Shown one piece after another: positions 12,517 through 25,800 of a stretch of DNA of 64,000 nt. The first letter of the stretch is position 1. Every line of letters begins with the position of its first letter. The position numbers and the translations under genes were made by a program. The notes beneath the pieces are model-generated. The model was given only the letters and a program-made list of their open reading frames with translations. It did not search any database and was not told the DNA's origin. The stretch is from Perna viridis (Eukaryota). The stretch is taken from contig CM074522.1 of assembly GCA_037379345.1 (NCBI GenBank), positions 4,402,001-4,466,000 on the forward strand, in the 5' to 3' direction.

Positions 12517-14476
12517 ATGAACAGCAAGGTTGTAACTACCATATTAGTGATTACCGTCACTGTTAGTGGAATATTCGGACAAGAGGCTTCATCTGCAGTA
12601 TCTAGTAGTAGCAGCCTGTCATCTAATGCAGCACCAGTGGCTCCTAAAATGAGTCCTGCTCAGCTGGCCATGATGCGTAGCGCAATGACACGACGTAAGT
12701 TCACACTACAGCTATGATCGATGAAATCGAAATCTAGATTAAACAATGAATAACAAGACTGATATTCAAAACTCGAAAATAAAATTGACAAAGACGAATT
12801 AGCCAGAAAATCTAGAAAATTGCAAGCAAAGGTCACTTGATGCTCCCCTCCCCAGAAATCATATGAGAAACCCAATTAGTCTTTTAGATGGAAAGCAAAA
12901 TGGTAGGTGCCAAAGGCATCAGAAAATGAAGAACCTGAAAAAAAGTCTCATTAAATTCCATCAGCTGTTGTAGAAAAAAAACTGCTGAAACTGGGGACAG
13001 ATGGGCAGCATAATAACTATATACCTCCTGCTTTTCGGCTGATACAATGAAGTATACAACTACAATGATATCCATGTAGACAAAAAAGTAGGAAAATATT
13101 CTAAATTCGGAATACAAATTAAATTCTATAGCACGAACAAATGCACCAGTTGAATAGCTAGGCATTCTCCGTTTATAGAAAGACCCCAGGGGTTGCGTTT
13201 GTAAAGCCCAGTAAGTATGATTGTAGCAGAAAATGCTGATAAAATGAATAAATCTATTTCATCTCCCTGAATAAATCTATATTTTTAAAATCTAACTGAA
13301 AGAATCAATGTAGCAGACATTTGATAATTGGCCAATAGTCACAAGGAAAGGCGGTGCTTGAATATATCAACGCATATTTAAAGAACTAAAACCACGATGT
13401 GCATATACATGTATTCATTAAATAAAATGAACCTATTGGAAATGTAAGAATGAAAACTTATTTGACTTGAAGCTTTGTTTTTTGTTTTTGTTTTTGTTTT
13501 TTTAATCCAGATGGTTTTAAAGCTGTACACCCTCAATTCAGTTCATTTTAGGATAAATTATTTCTATAAAAACTCTGAAATGTGAAATGGTGATTTAAAC
13601 CCACTTACTTCTATTAATTAGCTTAAAGTGCAAATCGGATATTTGTTATGGTCACATGTCTAGTAAATATATATTAATAAATATTTGTTTTTTCTTTTTG
13701 TTTTCGTTTTTATTTTATTGTAAGCTAAAACAAAATTTATTTATCAAATGAGGGCACTTTCCTTTCAAAGAGCTACAAATGTACATTTTAAATAAAATGA
13801 AAGCATTTATTCAACTTGTCATATTAAGGCAACATCATTGTAGTAGTATCATGATTCATTTGACATAGACTATTAAGTGTAAGTATTTGTAAGAATCAGA
13901 CACCATGGGAAATATCAGAAATATGTATGTCAAAAACCACCGATCTGACAATATGATTTCACTCATGAATGTTTTCTCTATTTGAAAAAAAAATTATTTG
14001 ATTTCTGTATCACTGGATTTGCTCAGAAATTGTTCAATAGTATGTTAGAAAAATGAGGTTTTTGACAGTCTTAGAGTTATCTTCCCTTGAAATATTCATT
14101 TTCAGTGCAGATCAATGAAATTATAACTCATTACACCAACATGATATGGAATATTTTGTCCTTTTCCTTGATTCTCATGGTGCAAATAGTCAAATCAAAC
14201 TTTCAAAATGGTGGGTTTTTCATGCCGTGTTTCACCCACTGCCTGAATCATACAAAGACTGACACTGAAAATCAATAAACTCAAAGGTATATATATTGTG
14301 TATGACTTGTAACGTAATACAGAGATTTCCCTTTTTCAGGAGCGCAATCCGCACAGCAGCGTCCCCGTCAAAATCCCTTCATAAAAATGATGTTGATGAG
14401 ACAACTCTTGTCAGGAGAAATGGAAGGAGGACCCCTTATGACAATGATGCTTATGAGAGGACTGGGATTGTTTTAA
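12517..14476 (+). CDS. Small secreted Met-rich protein A (104 aa); coding exons 12517-12694 and 14340-14476
   Basis: Acceptor TTTTAG just before the ATG, donor C|GTAAGT at 12695 and acceptor CTTTTTCAG|G at 14339 give a phase-1 in-frame join: MNSKVVTTILVITVTVSGIFG-QEASSAVSSSSSLSSNAAPVAPKMSPAQLAMMRSAMTRRAQSAQQRPRQNPFIKMMLMRQLLSGEMEGGPLMTMMLMRGLGLF*. Signal-peptide-like N-terminus, AATAAA at ~14730, and similarity to genes B-D. Confidence 0.85.
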
Positions 14477-17309
14477 ATAGAACTTAAAAACTAAAACCGA
14501 CTATAAAACTGCCGATTTTTAGTCAAACTGAAATTGCCAGAAATAACCTAGATAATGAGATAATTGAACGTTTTAAACATATATCCAGGTTTCTTACTAA
14601 AGCTTTTTGTTGATGTCAACATGTAGAACGATAATTGTTTCAATTTTAACGCATATCGTGGTATGCTAGATTTATTCCATCATAATCCAAAGTATTTATA
14701 GAAAAAAATATTGTTGTACAATATTTCGAAATAAATTATAATAAATTTCAATTTAGTGACTTAAGTATTCCGATTGTTTATTTTTGTTGAAATATATGTT
14801 CTGTTTTTATGCTAGCATAATCCTAAAGTTTTGCATTCTTTATTGATACTTTTTTTTTAAAAAAATCTTATTGTGTTATTCTAACGGCAAAAATGTGAAC
14901 GTAATTGATTTTGAAACAACTTCACATAAAGTTTTTTTTTCGTTTCTTTTGTAGTCGTGCCTGAAACTCAAAAGTAACATTAAAATATATTCGTCTAAAT
15001 GGTCCTGTCAAACTCGCAAGAAAACTTGGCCTGTCAAGATTACATTCTTAAGATTTGTTAATGTTTCTTAAATTTGATTTTGGACAAACGGCCGAACAGA
15101 TAGAATCAATAAAATATCATCTGATCTTTTGTAATGTGTTGGGGACGTAATGGTGTTGTCGTACCTGATTTTCGGAGTACTTTTTACTTTGTAGGTTTAT
15201 AATTCTTTTTAGTTCAATTTTTTAGTTAATTTCAATTCCATAGTGTTTCGCATCTTATTTTCGTCTGTGTCATTTTGATGTTCATAGTTTTGTTTCGTTT
15301 CCATAGCATTATCATTGTGTCTTGGTATTTGCCGAGGTTTCATTTCTTCCAAAAACATAGCCTAAACGTGAACACGTGACACAAAGACTATCAGCATACA
15401 CATGGTTGAGAACCGCATAAAACAGATTACGAATTAAAAAAAAATGAAGACCAATGAAACAAGACGTTACATAAAAACTAAACCACTAGCCATATAAACT
15501 GCCAAAAACTATCGGGATTGACATAGGGTGCTCCGGAGAATAAGCATGTCCTACCCCGCCAGCAGCGACCGTAACATTGCGAAAAAGTATAATCCGGTAA
15601 TAGTCCAGCAGCAATAATGCAGCTCCCTGACACGAGTCATAATAAAGTCCCGTCTAAACAATTCACAACAGCTCGATTTCATTCAATTTAAGGAGGAATC
15701 ATGATGTAAACCAAGTAAAAAATGCGGAAATGGTCAAATAAAATTAAGAGGAGATCACTGAAAAATAAAAAAAAATAAAAAGCAGACTTGTTTTTTTTTA
15801 AGAATATTTCGGATAAGTTTTAGTAACTTCTGCGTTTTGTTTTGTTTTGTTCTTTATTGGTTTTGTTTTTGTTTTTCTTTGTTTCTTTTGTTTTGTTTTG
15901 TTTTTTTTTTTTGGAGGGAGGGGGACCACCAAGAGCATTTATTTATCTTTGTTTCATTAACTTCAAACATGACCTTTTAATGTTATTTACCCTACCAATG
16001 CACCTGGTAAATGATAAATACTAACAGCTGTTCTTTTAGTTTTAGTTATCCAATTTATTTGATATATAATTTTTTAATTTAATATTTATATCTTTTAAAA
16101 ATTGTTATATTCATCTTTTTCTCATACAGCCCATGTCCATTGCGAGTTTTAGGTGTTTTTATTTTATTTTCAAGCCTCGGTGATAATTGCTGTATACATG
16201 AAAATCAGTACGAAGGTGTAAATTATCTTTCGATAGATATCTTTTTTTTTAGTCTGACACCCATAAAACAAACAGCAAATTTTATGTCATGTTTTTCATG
16301 CGCCTAGTTTTCAGTAGAGTTCATTACTCATCAGTACTCTCGCCTGACAGGAGGTAGTTTGTTGATTCATATAGATATGTTAATCATTATTAATTATTTT
16401 CACATTTGTACCTCATTTGTGCCATTCATTTGACTACGACTCGATTACAAAAAACTGTCTAATTCATATTTTCCTATTTGAAAAATTTCGTGCGCGTCCT
16501 GTGATATTACAGGAAATCTTTCAGCAGATATTCCATTACTATTTTATCATATTGAGAACAAAAAGACGTGTTCAGATTTTCCTCATAAAGTTCTTTAATT
16601 AACTTACTGCTATAATAAGAGATGTAAACATTTGAATACTTTTTTTTCTTTTATCATTTGAGGTAATCTATAAAACATAAATTGCAATCTTTAGGCAAGA
16701 AATCAATAGATATGTCATTTCAGAAACGCGAGTACATTATGTTCATAAGATGAACACTATATGAAATTATGAATGTCATTTAGGGAATTTGTCCAGTAAT
16801 ACAAATAAAACGAGAATGGATATGGTGAGTATATCAAAGCAACAACAACCCCATTGGGATGAAAGGATTGAGCTCAAGGCCTACCACGTGTCTTCAATGA
16901 ACGACAAAGAAACCTTCACACCACAGGGCAGGCTTCAGCTTGTCCCAAAACAACAAGTAGATCGAAATTGTTGCCCTTAAGGCTGTTTTTGCAGTGGAAA
17001 AAAACAGAATATTAAATACGTTTTTATTGTTTTAATGTGCTATATTATTTGTATTTACATAAAAGGGCATTTGTCAGAGCTTTTAACAGCAAAAATATAT
17101 ACATGTACTACTAACGTAAGTAAGCCCTACGACATGTACTGTATGAATATAATAGAAGTTTTAGACATCAATTAAATACTGTTATTTCTAATTAATAATA
17201 TACAGTTACGCAATGCAAGATAGTTTGTACCTTTAGAATGTGGATGCTAGTCTGTACATGAAATGCGCTACCTCTGAACAAATATACACCGTATACACAT
17301 ACAGGCAAA

Positions 17310-18791
17310 TTATCCTTGCATTAAACTTCTCATGACGAAGAATAAAGCAGGACCCTCTAGCTCCGCCTCTTGTATAAGATACATCATCATCATAGCTTTC
17401 ATCATGTTGTTTGAATTTTTACCTGTAAAATACTATAAGCATTCAGTAATTCACTAGGATTAAAATATTGCTTCTAGCCTATACCTAACAAACCCATAAG
17501 ATCACAAAAAGTATGGGCTCCTAAAACTGTCATACTGGTAATCTGGAAATGTTCAGTTGTTAATCGGGTGGCGTAGACAGTTTTGACCATTTACTGCAGT
17601 TACTTGTTACCCTTTTATAATAAAATCTTGCTTTCACTTTTTTCTTATATTCCTCTCATCTGTGGCAACATCCCGTCGGCACCTGCGTATGGAGTTTTCA
17701 TAGCACAAGTCATACGTTATGTCAGAACTTGCCGTGACTAAGCAGACGTTTTGTATCGCGCTAGACTTCTTACGTTTTAGTGAAGTCTGAGTTACTCATT
17801 TACTTTGTTACTTTGTATGTATGAGTTTTGTTATTTTATGTTATTTGTTGCGTGAGTCTGTTTCCCATGTCTGGTCTTTGTCCTTGGATTAAATTCTTTT
17901 GATTTCCGCTAAAACATTTGTTTTACTTGATTACTTGATTACTCTTTCAAACTGCAATTCTTTATCGGAATATTTAAAAATTATATAATAAACTCAACAG
18001 CAAAGCTGAAAAGGAAGAATAACACTTTAATCAGAGAAAAAGAAATAAATTAAATGTGGAAGGAAATTAAATAGAAGGGCGTTGTCTTGTTACCCACACC
18101 ACTTTGTCTTCACTCCTCTTACATCTGTTGTTAAAAATGGTATTTTTGCTGGTTTGTTGTTAATATTAAGCACACTCAACTTTACGTTATGAATGAAAGT
18201 ATTCAGTGACTTTCCAGAACAAATCAGTTTAATTACTTTAATTACAGATTGAAATAGAATCGTGGCTCTCGTGATTACCCTTAGATATAGGTTACCCATC
18301 GATTATATACTATTTCGAAAGCAGTATGATTCACAAACAGGTCTTCTGAATAATAAGTCTACTTTATAAATTAATCCATATGCCAAATTATTGAAGATTT
18401 GATGCAGAGTCTTAAGAGAGGATAGCTTAAATCACCGGTGAACCTGGTCTATGTTCCAAGTTTAAGTGGTGTACGGGTTGCTCATTTACTCTTGTTACCA
18501 TATGCGCGTTGTTTTTGTAATTTTATGTTGTTGCCACGGAATCCCGGTTCTCTTGATTTTTATTGCATAGATTTTACCTTGATTGAGACCTCTTTGGATT
18601 GTTTTGACTATTGCCCGTTTCTGAGCTGCTGTTGGCCCTTTTCTTGGAGGTGGATTAGGTCGTGCTTGTGTCTGGTTTGTCGAGGACGCAGTAGCCGCAG
18701 TCTGACCCCCAGGTGCTGCTGTTTTTTGGCACAAAGCACACTGCAGAATCGCCACAACTAACCCAAGTATTATCAATGTTTTCTTCCCCAT
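17310..18791 (-). CDS. Small secreted Met-rich protein B (108 aa); coding exons 18791-18578 and 17422-17310
   Basis: Acceptor TTTGCAG just upstream of the ATG, donor AG|GTAAAA at 18577 and acceptor TTTTACAG|G give a phase-1 join: MGKKTLIILGLVVAILQCALC-QKTAAPGGQTAATASSTNQTQARPNPPPRKGPTAAQKRAIVKTIQRGLNQGKNSNNMMKAMMMMYLIQEAELEGPALFFVMRSLMQG*. The last exon aligns with that of gene A. Confidence 0.85.
17650..17945 (+). mobile_element. Internally deleted Penelope-like fragment in the intron of gene B
   Basis: CATCTGTGGCAACATCCCGTCGGCACCTGCGTATGGAG...GATTACTCT matches the 21173-21886 and 59195-60163 copies. A further short 3' fragment lies at ~18420-18560. Confidence 0.8.
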
Positions 18792-18837
18792 GTTTAACTA
18801 CAACTGCAAATTAGTCAGAACATATTAGTGATATATC

Positions 18838-18973
18838 TGGGCCCGATTTCATGAAAAATCTCAAACTGATATTTTCCTAAAATCCTCAACTTAAATGTTG
18901 ACCAATCAAACCGCTTGAAATTGAAGATATGAGAGAAATCTCAGTTTGAGATTCTTTTATGAACCCAGGCCTG
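18838..18973. mobile_element. Small MITE (~135 bp)
   Basis: About 33-bp imperfect terminal inverted repeats: CTGGGCCCGATTTCATGAAAAATCTCAAACTGA and TCAGTTTGAGATTCTTTTATGAACCCAGGCCTG. Confidence 0.7.
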
Positions 18974-19920
18974 ATTCATGTATTACCTATGATGTCAACG
19001 CTTTTTATACCCTATCTATGGTATTGAGTCTAACGTGTCAAAAGTTATCAAATATTGTGTGATACAAAGTTTTAACAGTGAACTTTAAAATAGTTTATGC
19101 CTTGGAAATTTTCAGGGTTCCTTCGAAAATATGATTGCATTCCAATTTTTTCCTTGGGAATTTATTCATAATCATATATAGGCAAAAAGACGCAATTTCC
19201 CTATTTTAAAACCTATTTTTGTACTTCCTATAGAATTTTGAAATGTTCTTCGTTTTGTGATTTAATGAAATGGTGTATATGACACATTCATTTTAGCATT
19301 AATCGTTTATATTACTCGTACACGTTTATATAAATAATTGACAAACCCTCATAAGGAGCGTTAAAGATGGAATTATTTATTCCAAAACTCAATGTTTGAA
19401 TTGAAATTTTACGTTTGATTTTTCTTTTGCATTTGTTTTTGTTTTGGCCTTTGCTTTTTTATGGTCGTGTTTTGTTGTTGTTATTATTGTTGTTGTTGTT
19501 TTGAGCTGAACTTTACATGTATTTAATGTAACGTCGTTATGACATATTGCACAGATAAATAAGTTTGTTTATATAAACCTTTTAAATCAGTATAAGATTT
19601 AAAAATCGTACTCTAAAAACGTTATAAATTGTTTATTTTACTAATAGCAGATGATATATTTATTCGTACTAACCCCATTCAGATAAAACTCTCGTTATCA
19701 GATGGGGATTTGGTGGACTCCAATTCAGATATTTCCCATTGTTTGATTTACATATATACCATATGTTTTGTCCCAATTTTTTAGGGTGGAATATCGTGCA
19801 ATATATCATTACATATAAGGCATGATATATAACATTTAACAACGTAATAACATGTACATGCTAGTGAACAATGTTATGCAAATAAGATTTTTAAATAAAG
19901 CTAGAAGCTGTTAAGAATCC

Positions 19921-20042
19921 TAGGCGCGTAGCTGCCGTTAGGCAAAAAAGCTTTTGCCTGCACTTAATGTTGCCTTAAGTGGCCCCCAGACCCCCTGCCG
20001 TAATTTTGCCTACACTTCAATTTGGCCTCAGCTACGCGTCTG
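19921..20042. mobile_element. Small hAT-like MITE
   Basis: TIRs TAGGCGCGTAGCTG and CAGCTACGCGTCTG. No clear TSD. Confidence 0.55.
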
Positions 20043-20607
20043 AACCCAGATAAAATGGAGTAGATATAACCCTGTCCTTAAAAACTAAAGAATAAACTCA
20101 AATTGAATTATTTAGAATTAAATAAAGATGCAATATTGTAAATGTATTCTCTTATTACTTTCAAACACTTTAGCGCGCCACTTTTTTGCAACTTGGTGGC
20201 TATCTTAATTTCCGTCTAACAGTATCTAAATAATGTACTCTTTCATATAGAAACTAATTCACGGAGATTCGCAAAATTAGCGAAAATTAAGTTGGTTTGT
20301 AATAGTAATTTCAGAGGTTAACATTACACATTTTTTCTTTCATTTTTTTGGAAAAACATTCCTACCTTTCTTTCCCTTATTTGTTACTCCGACAAATAAT
20401 CAAAATTAATACCATAAAACAATGATATATTTTTTCTGGGACAACTTGTAACAATGTTTGTTTCTGTATTAAGATCACAGCTGTAATATATCTTAAAATG
20501 ACCACTGGACATTGCAGTTAATTCCAGATTATGTGTTATGTGTGGGTGATATATATGTCAACGTTACGGAAATATTTGATGTGTTATTTTTTTGTCAGTC
20601 ATTATAC

Positions 20608-20703
20608 CGGTTGTCCTTGTGAATTAAAGAACAGTACACGAATATCAGAATTCTGGATTTTATCAAATGATCGAGTTGTTGTTATTTTAGACAACTATTT
20701 ATA
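20608..20703 (-). promoter_or_regulatory. Candidate promoter and non-coding first exon of gene B
   Basis: On the minus strand: TATAAATA (20703-20696), TCATT initiator at ~20668 and donor CCG|GTATAA at 20607. The 35-bp spacing is slightly long. Confidence 0.35.
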
Positions 20704-20909
20704 AATCATATGTTATGTCTATTTCTATGGTTTCTTCCCATCTTGCTATCTTTTAATGTTGACAATACCCCTGAGGAAAAAAGCAGTTATTTCACGACAG
20801 AAATTATGAATTTCCAGAGAAAAACAGAACAAACTGAAGACCTATAAGTAAATATCATTTATTCAAAGTATTTCTTTCATACAAGAATGTAAAATGCCAA
20901 TCTTCTTGG

Positions 20910-21023
20910 CAAACTTGACAGTTCTAACATCGTTGGGAATTTTTCAGACCTTTCTATACGTTTACGTTATCTTCCCTGTATCAATTTGATCCAATAGAGC
21001 AGTGTAGCGAATAGAGTCGTCAT
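20910..21023 (+). mobile_element. Partial copy of the tRNA-containing element at 61599-61973
   Basis: Reverse complement of ~61599-61712 (TTGACAGTTCTAACATCGTTGGGAATTTTTCAGACC...GAATAGAGTCGTCA). Confidence 0.8.
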
Positions 21024-21172
21024 ATATCATTATAATAATTTACCATAATACTGCAACAAAGCAAGTAATGGTAAAAAAATCGATGTGCATATAGGATTTG
21101 TCTGGTTTCTAAATGGTAATTCTCTTCATATAGAAACTAATTCACGGAGTACATTATTTAGATATAGTTAGA

Positions 21173-21886
21173 CGGGGATTTGATACAACGCGTCTACCCA
21201 AAGGAACTTGAGATAAAGGATACTACAGGGGCTGTGAAGTCGGCCTCATATCTTGACCTACACTTGGAGATCGATGGTAAAGGAAAACTATTGACCAAAC
21301 CTTACGACAGACGTGATGACTTTTCATTCGGAATTGTCAACTTTCCTTTCATCTGTGGCAGCATTCCTTCGGCTCCTGCGTATGGAGTGTTCATATCACA
21401 ACTCATACGTTATGCCAGAGCTTGCCGAAACTACGCAGACTTTTTGTATCGCGCTAGAACTCTAACAAATAGTCTTCTGGAACAAGGTTATGTTGCTACA
21501 AGATTGAAGTCATCACTACAGAAGTTTTATGGTCGTCATCATGAACTCGTGGATCGTTATGGTGTATCCATCAGCACCATGAGAACTGATTTATTCAACG
21601 GGTCATAGTTTTCCTTTCCTCGTTTGTCTACCCCGGACTAGACTTTTTATGAGCAACTCGGCGGGTGTTTCTGGAAAAGCAGAGGACGCTTACCCTACCG
21701 GTGCACCTGGTCCATGCTCCCAGTTTTAGTGGAGTCCGAGTTGCTCATTTACTTTTGTTACTTTGTATGTATGATTTTAGTTGCTTTATGTTATTTGTTT
21801 TGTATGTCTGTTTTCCATGTCTGGTCTTTGTCCTTGGATTACATTCTTTTGATTACCGCTATAACCTTGGTTCCCTTGATTACTCT
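21173..21886 (+). mobile_element. 5'-truncated Penelope-like retroelement (RT C-terminus plus 3' end)
   Basis: ORF 21180..21608 (YPKELEIKDT, SYLDL, PAYGVFISQLIRYAR) is near-identical to 59456..59884, which is joined to GIPMGTNCAP and YIDD RT motifs. Confidence 0.9.
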
Positions 21887-22624
21887 TAACAGTCAATGAC
21901 ACACATATCATTTGTATTGCTGTACATTGTAGTGTCCATGCTAAGAAAAGAAAACCAAAGGATTGTTTGTTTCAAAGGGTGACTGCTTTACCACCTTGCA
22001 CAAAGAATTTAAGGAGATAGACCAAGCGTAAGAGACATAACTCTTTAAATCAGTGATATGTTTATATCATATTCAATTTCACCAAAGTCTTTCAAGCTTT
22101 TCTTTGACACAGAATGAAATCAGTCCAAGTTACTTTGATGCTTACATAAGATTGATACAAAATAGTAAATACAAACGTTCCAATAATATTTAAGAGTTGT
22201 GTCCCTTACTCTAGGTCTACCTCCTTAAGGGGATAGAGTTATGACAAATGAATAAAAATAAAAATGGTGAATACAACCATTCCAATGATTTGTTAGAGTT
22301 GTGTTCCTTACCCTAGGTCTACCTCCTTAAAGATGATGATAAAGTCTTGCCAATTGAGTCATTGTATTCGATTAAGGTAAACACAACACGTTTTCACAGA
22401 AAACAGCAAATATAAATAATCGTGCTACATTTGCTTTTATGTTGCATGTCATTGTATAAACTCGTATATTCAGCGAATCAATTTTAAAATTGACCCATTG
22501 GCATTTTAAGTTTTGTTCACAAAGATTCTCAACAGTTGTTTTTGAATGAGCATCACAAAAAATATTTTTAATAAGTAACTTGTAAACGACAAGAACATAA
22601 CATAAATGTGCATCTTGTAAATAA

Positions 22625-22836
22625 CTAGAAAAGCAGAGGACGCTTACCCTACCGGTTCACCTGGTCCATGCTCCCAGTTTTTAGTCCGAGTTGCTCATTT
22701 GCTTTTGTTACTTTGTATGTATGATTTTAGTTACTTTATGTTCTTTGTTGTGTATGTCTGTTTTCCATGTTTGGTCTTTGTCCCTGGATTACATTCTTTT
22801 GATTAGCACTATAACCTTGGTTCCCTTGGTTACTCT
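22625..22836 (+). mobile_element. Penelope-like 3' end fragment
   Basis: Matches 21671-21886. Confidence 0.85.
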
Positions 22837-25800
22837 TCCAACAAAATATGTCAGCCAATCAGTGCATCCAATGTCGCATTGCAACAGTGAGAATGGTATA
22901 ATTTAGTTTAAAATAACTAGATGTTTGATTTGATAACGTATTTTGTCCATCATCTGATAGACTTAGTTTTGTAATGTGACTGTAATGTCAATAACTCTTA
23001 TGATGATGTACTCGTAAAATTTTGATATTTGAATAAAATTATATGGAATTACTGTTTTATATTTTTTTCTGTCTCTTTGAGGCACACTTGAAAATAACCT
23101 GCATAGATTATATTGTGTGTACCACGTGATTGAGATTATTTCTTCATATACCGAAAAAATACATCGGTCATTCCTTATCGATTGTAAAACTGTTACTGAC
23201 ACATTTACAATTTTCTATAAAGGAACAGCTGACAGTTTCTACGGTTTTATGACGGTTATATAATCCAGGTATATCAAATTCAAATTTCCTCTGACATGAA
23301 ACATATATTTAGCTTCCATGTGCACATGGCAATTTAAATGATAAATTGATGCTGAACTCATTCATCAAAGTTCAAGGTCACCGTTACCAAAGATAGAGTT
23401 AAGTATTACAAGGGAACTAGAGCACTTCTTTTATATTAGTAACTTATTTCTGGTCGTTTCCAGTCAACTATATCCTCTATTTTTTTTTATTTTTGCTTAT
23501 TTGACCATTACTTGGAAAATACTACGAGTTTTCTTACAAATTTGTCAGTGCATCATAAGCCTCAGTGGCGAGCCGTAAAATTTGTGTGTTGTCGCAAAAT
23601 TATACATGCATAGGTTGCATTTTGATAAAACATTCATTAAGGAAACCCAGAGTTTCAACTAAGTAAAGCATTGGAACATGGATGTAAATGTACTATTTAT
23701 GATTTATCAAAAAGATTTAATACCAAAATGAATTATGTGTATGGATATACATTGCTGTTTCAAACTTTACTATACTAACACAAATTTCATTTTCGAAAGA
23801 TATTTTCAACTTTTATTATTTTTCTTAAATGATATAATCGTTGTGTTTTCGTCAAGGTTTCTCATTATGTATAATGATACCTTGTTAAGCAGATTATTTT
23901 TAGCTTTGCGTCACTTAAAGTTTGTAAATGTCCATATAAAAAGATGTTACCAATACTTTCTGCTAAATAGAAACAATAATCATTCAATTTGTTACGGCTT
24001 TTCTATTTTACAAAGTGAGTACTACCGATATCTAACACGACAAACTGTGAGCCATGCTTATTCAATGATTTAACTGGCGCCATGTTGTAAATGATGTGGT
24101 CAAATTCAATTTACAATTATGATTTTAAAGTTGCTCTGTTCTGACATCGCATCCAACGATAAACTAAAATAAATCTTCTCTCGAAATATCTGGTACCTGT
24201 ACTTAATAGTTAAAGACAAAACTGTCAGAAAATATTGTGCTTCAATCATATGTTCAAATGTCTTCAAACAGGAATTGCTCGAGACTGACATCGTATCCCA
24301 CGATTTGGCATTCACATATAAAGCTTCTCTCAAAATATAAAGTGGTTGTAATAAATAGTTGCAAAGAAATCAGTACCGAAAATATTACAGACTTACGAAA
24401 GGACTGACAAAACCCAGGATCACTACATCCCGTCCATTTTAAAAGCGGGGTAAATAAGAAGTTATTTGACAATTGTTAAACATACATATTTATAGACTTT
24501 GAAATACAATTTTGCCGTGTAAAAGGATTTTCAATTTTAACAATTTTGTACTTATATATTCAAACTTTTTGTCAATTCGGTTTTTTTTTTCAAACCTCTT
24601 GAGATCGTGGAAAAAACAAATAATATAAAAACACGAAATTTAAAGGAAAAAGATAATTTAAGAAAACAGTACATACATATTGACCGGCTGCATGATGCTG
24701 TCATTTCAAACAGTAAACTAATTAATGTTCACGAACGATTTATGTTCGCTTATGTTGCGAGTAAGATTAAATCGTCGCGAAAAAGTGTTTTATAGTATAA
24801 ATCATCTTTGAAAAATGTTAATTGCGAAATCAGATAACTGCGTTAATGAATTGACATCCCTAATCGCGAAAATAAGTATCCACGAAAAAAAATGGTATAA
24901 AGCAACTAGATCTCACTCAAAGACTGAAGTAATCTTGAAAAGCCTATATGGAACAAGGATAGGGATCAAATAATATATACATGTACCACGACTATATTGT
25001 ACAAAGCGAAATCCGAACGACTTAATATAAGTCTGATATATGGCGCATATTATTTCAATTGATGAAGAATTAAAGAAACTCACATTGATCAATTGAATAT
25101 TGAATACGTTTACTGGATATAGCAATGTATTATCAGATTAACCCAAATAATCTTGGAGAATAAAAACATTAATGGCGCATTATTCACGCCAAAACAAAAA
25201 CAAAGCTCTTGACATATTATTTCAGGTATTTGACTAAACATTCCTGATGAACAGCTTTTTCAACATACATGCACTTTCTATGTATGAGAACGAAATAAAA
25301 CAAAACAAATATAGTCATAATTTAATACCATTACACAGTGACCATAACCATTTTGACAAATTTTGTGAGGTGACAAATTTTTTTTATCATTGTTATGTCC
25401 AGTAGGTGACATTGTCTTAATTGTCATGCTTTGTAATGTCACTCCACTGCAAAAACTAATATCTTATGTCTTACCTCTTCAAATGATTAAATCCTGAGAG
25501 TCATACGAAAGTCAAGTCGAGGTTACATATTTATATATATCATTTACTATGATGCTTTTAATCAAAATGTCGTGTTATAAGGTAAAAAGGGAGTAAAAGT
25601 CATTTTTCTTCCCTTCGATGTCTGTAATGCTAGAGAGGTGAGACGCATTTGACTTCAGATGCAAATAAATCATAACCTTTCGTGTAGGGGTTGATTCAGG
25701 TCATGAATTCGTTGCTGTAGATGTCGTGAACGATTTTGTTATGCATAATACAGAAATGTTTTAATTTTTGTTACTTACATTCATATTGTCTATGAAAATA

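Noticed and set aside
18438-18761. Cys-rich 107-aa ORF on the plus strand
   Set aside because: It is the antisense of gene B exon 1 joined to a Penelope-like fragment.
21649-21748. SECIS element or hammerhead ribozyme
   Set aside because: The ATGA is fully Watson-Crick paired with no opposing GA quartet, and no hammerhead core is visible.
25675-25740. S/T/P-rich minus-strand stretch ending at a GT, resembling the gene B linker
   Set aside because: It has an in-frame stop, no signal peptide and only low-complexity similarity.
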